Below are positions 11,628 to 21,445 of a stretch of 28,865 nucleotides of DNA, one piece after another (the first letter of the stretch is position 1; the number at the start of each line of letters is the position of its first letter). Origin of the DNA: Vezdaea acicularis (Eukaryota); the NCBI GenBank assembly GCA_026025075.1, contig JAPEUI010000015.1, positions 186,001-214,865 of the forward strand, written 5' to 3'. The position numbers were made by a program, and so were the translations under genes. The notes beneath the pieces are model-generated. The model did not search any database. It was given only the letters and a program-made list of their open reading frames with translations, and had not been told where the DNA came from.

Positions 11628-13418
11628 GTTCTCTCTCAAAGATTATTTCAGGGGCATCTGGAGAAAGGGATGGGGAAATTGAGAGCATGCTGACAGATTT
11701 ATTTAGAGATCGTGTGGGTGAATGTAAGCCAGCTTTGCCCCTGATTCAAAATGACGGCTTCACTTCGGAAGATCTCCAAACAAACACAAATTCAAGACGC
11801 AAGAGCATGATTGGTCATATCCTACCTTAGATTGGCTGGAATCCCAGCCAGATCTTGGCCGCTTTCACCTTCTTTCTTGTTTTAGTTCTGTTCGATTCGT
11901 CGGTGAGAATGTGACAGGCATGTTTGCATAAGCTCATCGCAATAAGGAAGCTTGATAACATCTCTGAGAAGGCTATTCCCAGGGCCGTTACCATCTCATA
12001 TCTTTGTCGAGATCATATAGTCTAAAGGATCAAGCTTATCTCTGAATGTCATATACCAAGTAAAACTGTGGCAGTGGAAAGAAGGAATGATTCGGACAGT
12101 TGAATTCGCCGACTTCTCATGAGCGTTGAGCATGAGTTTATTAACTTGCGATCTTACTAAGGAAGGTCCTACAGTATATGAAGACAAGAACGCATTTGGA
12201 AAATTGGAAAATAGTCGAAGTTTTCTAGTCAATCCTTTGGTTCTGGTGTTTTTCTATACGCCTTCAGCACCGGGGTAATTACTACCTCATCCACCCTGCT
12301 TTTTCTCGCCAGTAGCGGTGGGGATGTTGGTTCCTCAGGGCGCGAGACTTGTAAAAGCAGTCGACACAACCCCCCTAGTTGCCATGGTGACTTATTGGCA
12401 AGGCTGCTATTATGAAGCTGTCAATCAATGAAGTTTGTTTCATTGTTGAAGATATCATTGTTCTGTTGGCTATCACTGTCGGCGGAACCGTAAGCTGAGC
12501 TGACACGAGTATGTGCGGACGCGGAGATGATAGTTCATGCTGGGCTTCACACCCACTTCCTCCGCAACTACTTAGCGTTTGGCTGGGTGAAGTGCAATCA
12601 TGATCTCCTCCCTCCATGAATAGGTCGAGTTATATAGACTGGAATGTCCGCGCTCAACGTTCATCTTTCCTTGGATGGTCACAAATTTTGTTCCTTCTTC
12701 TTTGCTCCTTGCTCCTGGCAAAGCTACCGACTTCCTGAGCTAAGATCTTACTCAGGTGTCTCCTTGGTATTTGCTCTTAGGAGCTAAGAACAAAGCCTAT
12801 AGTTCCAAGGGAATTAGTCACCCTAAGATCTCCGACGAAGCCTTCATTCAGACTGGAAGAACGTCTCGTACTAAGAGAGATGCCGAACGGGCTCCAATGC
12901 CACCGGCTTTCAGTCTTGATGTCATATGCGATATCCTTCAGGGCGCAGTTTAGGTGCCCACGAGGTGTACTCTTGTAAGTTGGGCAGTAATTTGGAACCA
13001 ATCATTTGTTGAGTTCACGATTCCTTGGCGTGCGACTGTGGATGGGCTCGCCTTTCCTTGTCCACAAGTGGAAAGGCCGCTCACATTTCTCCTTTAACCG
13101 AGCACCAGAGGCTTTTGCTGTGTAAGCCGTTGTTTATTAAAGTATTCTCCATGATTCTTAGCTTCTTAAGGTCTGTTATGATATTTCACAAAGGCTTGGT
13201 GTGCATTCAAAGGCTCTTTGTCTAATCAACGACTAAGTTGAATCAGAGAGCCGGTCGTTGAGAGCGAGTCAACAGTCAGGTCGAACAAAAGTGATTTAGT
13301 TGATTAACGCTTCAAGGATGCTGGCGAGGTCCATTCACCGCTGCATCTCTCACGTTGTAGCATAATGGGAAATTGTCCTAGAATTGTCCTATGCAAAGAG
13401 CGTAGGAGAAGCTATGAC

Positions 13419-16219
13419 CTAGCCCTTCTTCGCTGCAAGAGCTCTTCTCAGTATTTTGTTTTCTTCCATTACCCTCCGGGACTTCTCTTGCTCTACTTTG
13501 AGAGCTTTTTCATAACGAGATTGCTGATCATCCAGCTGGCATCGCATCTCAGCTGTCACCCGATCGATTTGTTCCTTCAGCCTTGACTGAAAAGTGGACA
13601 CTCCCCTTGCAGGAGACATCTTCGAGTCGTAGCCTTCTTCAGCACCATCAAAATCGAGCTTCGCAGTCGAGTCATCAGCTTTTGCGTTTGAGTCAGGTTC
13701 GACTTTACCTAATGGCTTCGCGCGAGGCGTACCGGGCCGATTGTTCGCGGAAATGCGTGGTCCTTGCGTTTGCTCTGGCGATTGTGACTTATCTTTGTGA
13801 ACCTTGAAATTACGGAGCGATTTCTGCAATAGTACATTTGGTTCACTTTCCTCTTCGGAGTCAGCAAAGGAAACTATCTTCTTTCTACGTAGGCCTTTGC
13901 TCGATGACTTTGGAGCGCTGCTAGCCGGTTGGCTTTTGATGAGATCGGTCCCAGCATTATCGACATCTTTTGAAGTCTTGGAGACAGTGTTGGTGCGCTG
14001 TGGTGCTGTAGGATCGTACTTGGATAGTATAACCGATCCCGAAACGTTTTTCTTCTGCATGTATGGAGCGAACAGCGCCAGTCCTTTAGCCGCCCCTTTA
14101 CTGCGCATATCCAACAATGTAGCCAAAGCTTGTTCGTTGGTGCTTGGAGAGGGACAGACGGGTTTGATCCCCATGCTTGATCTTGAAATTTTTGATTTCC
14201 TAACCAAACTAGACCTGGCTTTGACTCGTCCTTGGAAGGGGACTTTCTGGGAGTTTTTATGAGATGAAGAGACATTCTTCTCATCCCAAAGCACAGGAGC
14301 AGAGATGACACTTTGGGCGTCACCTTCGATTCCGTTAATGAGGTCTTGCTCGCGGACTGTCCCTGAATTTCTGTGCTTGGCCATTGGTACTGTGTAGGCA
14401 TTTGTGGGTTGATGCTTTGTCGCAGGCTTGAGAGGAGAAAAAAGATTCATAAAATCAGGTTCACATGAGTGGTGGATGTCTTGCCAATTATCTGACCGTG
14501 GTGCTAAGGAGTCCTCCGGTAAAGCCGAGGGGAATAGGCCCGACGACAGCGCTGAGGGTTTGCTGGGAGAACTCCCAGTATGGTCTATAACCGCCACTAT
14601 TTCTTCTTGAACATCTCGACCAGCCGCTAGGATTGAGCTGAGGCTCTTCCTCCTACCTCCTCCTAGGGATCGCCTTAGTTCCACGCCTTTGACAGATTTA
14701 GTCGACTTTCTCATTTTATCCTTGCCTTGAGCTGACTTTTTGGGAGAATATGCATTCTTTATCTCCTGTTCAGCGCTTCGCGACGAGTTATTGTTCCTTC
14801 TCGGGGACACCTGGATCCACTCAACATCGACTACCTGGCCGCCTTCTTTGTCAAAGGTCCTAATGCCCATTGGCGATCCCTCGGCATCGAATAATACAAC
14901 CTTTCCGTCTTGACGTCCGACACAGATCAGACAACCGCTTTCTTGGCCGGCATCGGAGCTAGAATTAGGACCTCGTTCATAGCCTCTTTTTGTTTTACCT
15001 TTAGTCACACCGCTTAGATATCCAGGGGAAGCCGTCAAGGGGATAAGAGATAAGCTTGTAGCCGGGCCCAGTAAGTGCCAGCTTCTGATTAGGAACCCTT
15101 TTTTCTTCCCGCTATTTTCGAAATCAAGCAAGCAACATTTTCCGTCGGTGCCCACGCTGATTGCCTTTGCTTGAGAACCTGGTATGAGCTGTACAGCTCT
15201 GACACTAGTACTGAGATCTCCAATCGGTGTAAGTTCTACCCCTTCATCTACAGCAGCTGGGTAACTCTCGTCCGGTCCAAAGCCTTTCAGTCCCGTACTG
15301 ATGCCATGGACTTTTTCAATGAACCCAATCTGTCCCCCTTTGCCAGTGCCAGCGGCCATTTCGTTTCTCTCGCCCTTCCCACGCTCTCTAAATAACCTAG
15401 CAGCATCGTATGCAGCGACTGTGCCGTCCTCAAATCCTAAGCAAAAGATGTTGGCCCGTTCTGGATGAAAGGCCGCGGTCACGACAGCTGCTGAAGATGC
15501 ACTTGGCCGTAACTTCAGAGGGGGGCTCCTCAGGGTCAAATTCTGTAGGTAAATCGTAGGGGGTATTCTTGAACAAGAGAGGAGTAAATGCCCTGACGGT
15601 GACAAAGCAATACATGTTGGCGGAGAAGGGTGTTCTTGGTATGGGTCCAGGAGGCGGGCTTGTTGTAGCGAATATGCTTGAACGTTATTTTGGAGTGTCG
15701 TAGTGAAGAGTAGAGTCTTTGAGTCGTTTGAGTATTTCAATAGTCGCACCTGACCCTAGGAGAGAGTCAGCGCCTCGAAATTCTAAGCTAGACCAGACCA
15801 TGTGCGTTGTGTTCAAGCTCTTATGGCCCATCTATCGACGCCTGTATATTAAAAGCCTCCCAGTCCTACAAGAATATACAAAAGAGATGCTTATGCATAG
15901 TTCTTACATCAGAACCTTTTAATCGATAGCTTCTATCCATCTTCTTCTTCGAGTTATGAAGTAAGACGACTTGGCTATCCGCCACAGCAAGTACATCCCC
16001 GCCATCTTTGACTTTCTTTGCTGCAACAATTCCTGATGATCCTGATCTAAATATCTCCCTGACTCCGGAGGCGTCCCAAGCCGAAACCGCGCCCGAGGTG
16101 GTGACAACCAGATGGCAGTTTGGTGGAAACTCGAAAGCCGCGAAATCTGGGCCTTGCAACGAAAAGTTACCTTCACGGTTCTTACCCTCAGGGACCGACA
16201 TATCCAGCATAGCGGGCAC
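13419..16219 (-). CDS. WD40-repeat protein with a long low-complexity middle and C-terminal coiled coil, about 882 aa. Exons 16219-15908 and 15755-13419
   Basis: Intron 15907-15756 (GTAAGA...GCTGAC...CTAG) joins two ORFs in frame. WD-like segments: HPSPPTCIALSPSGHLLLS, AAFHPERANIFCLGFEDGTVAAYD, SVGTDGKCCLLD, VGRQDGKVVLFD. The C-terminus is heptad-rich. Confidence 0.88.
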
Positions 16220-16336
16220 TCTTATAATAGCAACATACCCCCAATTGTTATTGGGTCATGCCTGCTGACCATGCGATATTCAGCAACGCCCGTTAGCTTA
16301 CCCTCCCGGCAATTGTAAACAACGGATTATTGGATG

Positions 16337-16364
16337 GAGTTCGCGAGAGTTCGCGAGCGCGTTT
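16337..16364 (-). promoter_or_regulatory. Clustered CGCG (MCB/SCB-like) elements upstream of the WD40 gene
   Basis: GAGTTCGCGAG occurs twice in tandem, plus ACGCG on the minus strand (16358-16362), about 120-140 bp upstream of the ATG. Confidence 0.45.
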
Positions 16365-16554
16365 ACCGAGGTTCGTCTTTCCTGCAGTGGAACAAAAGAG
16401 GCAAACACCAAGGACACCCGCTATGCAGCTTTGCAACGAAGTCTTGCAATTGCTCTTCGCGCGGAAGAGGCTTATCTTAATGATTTATTGCTCTATCAAT
16501 CTGTATTACTACCAAGCAGCTTAGCTGCAAGGCTTGACCCCACGCGCAATACCT

Positions 16555-18750
16555 TTACCCCGCCAAAGCGCATGTGACATAAATGGCCCATACAGACATG
16601 ACTAGTTGTGGCACCTCCAGCGTCCAAGACCACATCGTTTGCTTGCAATCTCTCGCATCTCTTCTTGGTCGCCATACACCAGTCTCTCTCTGCTGAATCA
16701 TGAGCTCCCGCCGCGGTGGTTGTATGGGGGAAAACATAGCATCCAGGAATGGAGCAATGAATGCTGGGAGCTCCTCAAAGCCAAGCCCGGGAAAGAGTAC
16801 AGATGTAAGGAGGGGGTACCAACTGTCGAGAGTGGTGTTTGAGCCATGAGGAAATGACGATGAAGGCGTGGAGGCTGACGAACTCCGCACGCCCAGGAAC
16901 GCGAGACCAACCACAAGCAAGAGGAACAGTGCATGATACCCAATACCTAGGGTGCGATGGAGAATCAAGACTCGCTCAAACCATTGGGGACGTGTCTGAG
17001 CATCTCGTTCCCTAATCCGAGCTCTCATTGAGCAAGTCGCGGTGAAACCCAACCGAGTTCCACCCAGAGAGGCAGGAAGAAGCTCTAGAAGCACGGCTTT
17101 TGTGAGGTATGGCGCCAGCCAAACGGTCGCCTCCCGTTTCCTTCTGAAGGTACGGTAGCCATAAGGTATCGACGATATGTATTCATGAAGGCGATTCACA
17201 AGGCAAAATAAAAGGTGGTTACGAAGAAGGCGACGCAAGTCAGATGAAGTAGAGGCAGGTACGAAGGGACGACCACCCATTAAACATATAAGTATGAGAC
17301 ACCACCAAAGAGGATAAAGAATGGCACCCACCCAAGGGTTGATACAAGATGTAAAAGCCGCTAGGCGCTGCGCATAGTTCATCTGTTTAACCAGAGGAGA
17401 GCTGATGCAAAACCGGAGAAAAAGCGAATTACGAATATGCCCCACACACTAGAAGAAATCGCATGTCAGATATCCGAGGATTACAAAAGGTGGCAAGTAT
17501 TCTGACAGACCCATTTAGTTCTCTGCTTTATGTGCCCGCTGATGGTGTCAGGTTGTAGGCCATACTGGAGTCGCTCGTTGACGTATATTGTTCGCCAACC
17601 GTGGCCTTGGAGTGTCCAGCTAAACAGAACGTCTTCGGCAATAGACACCTCCGAAAAGCCTCCAATATCTATGAAGGCTTTTCGTCGGAGGATGAAGCCG
17701 GACCCTGGACACCAAGTCGCATTCAAGCTATCGCGAGCAACTTCATCGTCTTCTGAGTGGGGAAGCATGCCCTGGTGTAATGGGTCATCAGCTGGAATGT
17801 TGTAGAAGTGCTACAGATCTCAGTCAGTGGACGGCGATCCTACAAATAAGCTCCTGCTGCGTGGACTACCTGAGGGAGCGCAACCATCCCAACATCTTCA
17901 AACGCCACAGCGTGAGGAAGAAGAGCGCGTAACATGGCGGGCTCCGGTATCATATCTGCATCGAGAAAAGCAATCCATGGGGCTGGTCTACCAACTAAGC
18001 CTGCCAAAAAGTGTACAGTACTGTTGATGTTTCCGGCTTTGAATCCATGATGATCGAGGCTAGACTTGTTCCGAGCATAGTAGAAGACGTTGACGCATGA
18101 ACGATTCAGATCCTCAATCTGCGCTTTGAGCGCCTTATCCGAACCGTCATCTGACACAATAACGCGAAGCTTCGAGGAAGGATAATCCAGTGTGCATGCA
18201 GCTTTGACTGTGTCCAGGATTATATCGTGATCTTCTCCGCAGACAGTCACGATAATATCAACTGAAGGCACGCAGTCCCCCTTAACGCGGAGTCTTGGTC
18301 TTGGAGGCCTTCTGTTTAACGTTCCAACGATAATTCCCCAACAATGCTCAATGATTTGTGTCCCTTTGATTCCTGAGTCAGCCTGTCCTTAAGGTTCTGA
18401 AAGAGCTATGAAGGAAGCAAATAAAGCTTACCATATTGGCAGAACTTCGCAACCACAAATACACATGGCCACACCAAGTTCCTTGGGCCTTTACTTTGTG
18501 CAACTATTGTATTATGAATAAGGTTTGCAAGGTAGTTCAGTAAGGAGAGCAGGGTCACTATCTCGAGGAGGAGGCGTAAAGCATTGAAGAGTTGTGAAGT
18601 TTTAGGGTGATTAATATTGAGGTTTGATTCAACGCTATTGGCGCATGTGACGTCAGATGACTGGCCATCATACTGCTCAAGCTTGCTCGGAGAGCCCTTT
18701 CGCCTTGTGAGAGTACCAGAAATCCTGTCTAACAACAGCTGGGTAAGCAT
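16555..18750 (-). CDS. Cellulose-synthase-like processive glycosyltransferase family 2, about 668 aa. Exons 18750-18432, 18363-17870, 17810-17511, 17448-16555
   Basis: Spliced frame is intact (2007 nt). Motifs PSVDIIVTVCGED, VSDDG, FKAGNIN, FLDADMIP, PQHFYN, GSGFILRR, IAED and QRTKW form the D,D,D,QxxRW set. There are two N-terminal and several C-terminal transmembrane segments. Confidence 0.92.
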
Positions 18751-20533
18751 TTTGAAGATTGAGCGAGGTTATTGGAGACGAGATCTCCTTATGACTTCAT
18801 TTGATCAACCAGGATGGCACTTCGGGGTGCAGGTCAAGGAATGCACAACAAAGGTTCAGCTTTTGCTGAATGCACGATGACAACATGAGTGCAGACGAAT
18901 AGTTACATGCTTCTAGAGGGAGCCCTAGACTCCTATAACAGTGTGATCTCTCTCATTTCTGACTACCAAGGCTTGCTTCAAAAGCATTTAGGCGTACTTA
19001 GCCTTACTTAACCCTTCTCATTATGAATACTAGCCTTGGCTTTTATTTCATACGATTTCTTCAACTTTGTTAGCTTTCCTGATCTTAGGAAGATCCGCTC
19101 ATCTTTATTTCGAAAGACTGGTACGAGATCATCAAGGTCATTTCTAGACTTCTATGGCAGCTAGGGTATACGTGAATCCCATATTTGCGATATGGGATTT
19201 TGACGAAAGGGTTCTGAAGCGAGTCGTTGATCCATGATCCCGGCAACTTTCAGAATCATGACGATGGCTAACAATGATGGCAGAGATGACCGAGGCGTTT
19301 ACTTTATTGCTTAGGATGGATAGTAATTGCAAGACCCAACCTTATAATTATGAGAAACACCATTCCATCATTGCATGAGAGACTGACATTTGGCGTGGCG
19401 GGCAATCGTCAGCATGTCAAAGAAATGGCTACCGTCTACTTCGCAACGCAGACCAGCAACTCCTCTAATGAGAGACTCTTCAGTATTTGGGGAACAAGAG
19501 GCCTCCTTTCCGATAGCTACGCCCTCCCTTAGCGTGCCATCATTCAGAGACTTCAATGCGATTTTCCTACGTACCGCATGAGAATTGGCAGACTGAGATT
19601 CTAAAGTCTCTTCTGGGTCGTAATAGCTACTAACGCATCTCATCATTATCGCTCTCCTGAGACTTTTCCGGGTCATCCTCTGAACCCGAAATGCTTTTAT
19701 GTGGTGCCCTAATGGCATGCTTAAGGGACCTGACCTCTAGCATACGGACATCGAGAGCTGATTACGGCCAACAGTAATAGTCCTCGAGGCATTGGCAGGC
19801 TATGCACGAGAGAACGCTACACAACATATCTCTTATTCGTACAAGCTTGAGCACCAGCCACAGGCCGTTACAGATAAGACTGAGTTTATAAGAATATTCA
19901 ACACAGCCAAAAAGTTCGACCAAAATTACTATCAGACCAAATCATTTGAAGGACTTGCCGATGGTCGCTTTTCCCTATTAGACGCAAAATGCTAGTACAA
20001 GTGGAGCTGAAAAGTGAAGCAGGAGCTAGGTAACTGCTGTTTCTGCATTACGCCAACGCAGAGGAGGCTAGAACTCTGCACATGAAGAAGTATGAAGAAA
20101 GGTCCTCAAACAACATTGTAGCAATGCATATCAAATCCGCGTATGCAGATGTCAGCGAGACTCGATGATCTGTTGATGGTGAGGAATACGTTTGGCTCAT
20201 GGTACAAGACCCAGTCCATATGAAGCCAGCATTGAATAAACAGTTATCTATAACTTACGTTATTGAATATCAATATGTGCAATATTTCTCTGCATTTGAT
20301 ATAGGCTCTTGTTGTGAATTATGGTTTGACGCCATCTCTGGCTCTCTTCACGTCAGACTGCATAAGGCGCAGTAGCTCCAGGGGTCGGTAGAGGGGTAGA
20401 GAGTCGTGAACGCGTTGAGGGGTGCTTCGCTAAAGGTCCAAACTTTGCTGTGTAAAACACCTTGGCGGAAAGGGCTTTGAGGGAGAACCAAGAACCCTCA
20501 CCTATAAAATCATTCTTTAGTTCATAACGTACT

Positions 20534-21445
20534 ATGGCTCCCATTCGAAGGTATTTGCGAATCACAAAGTACAGCGTGCTAGAATGCCGCATTTACCTTG
20601 ACAATCCAGCTCTTGCAGAGACTTGGCTACTCAATCCTAGGAAACCCCTGCTGCCTCGAGTTATTGATAGTGTACGTCCACTTGTGCTTCCAAAGCTGAG
20701 AGAAGAAAACGAGCGTTCGAAGGGAAAGGGCAAGAAAGTATCTAAAAGCGTAAGAGACGTCATTATTGAGGGTTCGTCCGTTTTCAGGAACATTACGTAC
20801 CAGGCAATAATACTGATGGGTGCAGATGACTTCGAAGTCTCAATATACCTGACTGACCTCTCTACAAGACACTCGCTGCTCACAAAGCAAAAGATCTTTC
20901 AAGACGCCGGGAAACCAAGATTTCTGCCCAACTCGGGCAAAGTTACATCAGATGACGCAGCTGTTGGAGGCAAGGGTGCACCAGTAATTATCCGAGAAGA
21001 AAGCGACGAGCTTGACACCACCGCATTACAGGACATACCAGCGGTAAACCTAGATGAAGATGATGATTCCTTGCAAGAAGATCATATAGTCAATACACGC
21101 CAATCAAGAAGCAGACAAGAGCATGCAGCAGATAGGGAAGGTAGTGTGACTGGCGAAGAGCACCATAGTCCAAGGGCGTCCAAGTCAGGTCATAGGAGGA
21201 ATGCCAATATGGATAGCAAAAGTGACTACACGGAAGATCAGGGCGATGAGAAGAAAAAGTTAGGCATCAATACCTCGTACGAAGGGTTCAGCATCTATGG
21301 AAGGATACTATGTCTGATTGTCAAGCGCCGGGAGATCACGACGGGCAAAGGATTGACACCTTCTCGTACAGCGGCTGGCAGTGGGCAAGCAATGATGGAG
21401 GACTGGATTGCGTCTACCCAGCAAGTCGCCGGCGAAGATGAATGA
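20534..21445 (+). CDS. Hypothetical fungal protein, about 285 aa after splicing. Exons 20534-20771 and 20826-21445
   Basis: Long ORF with ordered-looking ends (RYLRITKYSVLECRIYLDNP; YEGFSIYGRILCLIVKRR) around an acidic disordered middle. A 54-nt in-frame intron GTTCGT...TACTGAT...CAG lies at 20772-20825. Confidence 0.85.
   Translation: MAPIRRYLRITKYSVLECRIYLDNPALAETWLLNPRKPLLPRVIDSVRPLVLPKLREENERSKGKGKKVSKSVRDVIIEGSSVFRNITYQAIILMGADDFEVSIYLTDLSTRHSLLTKQKIFQDAGKPRFLPNSGKVTSDDAAVGGKGAPVIIREESDELDTTALQDIPAVNLDEDDDSLQEDHIVNTRQSRSRQEHAADREGSVTGEEHHSPRASKSGHRRNANMDSKSDYTEDQGDEKKKLGINTSYEGFSIYGRILCLIVKRREITTGKGLTPSRTAAGSGQAMMEDWIASTQQVAGEDE

Noticed and set aside
13583..14610. Overlapping antisense/alternative-frame ORFs within the WD40 gene (likewise in MSH6, GH36, the M28 gene and SAM37)
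   Set aside because: They are shadow ORFs of real coding sequence with no independent signals.
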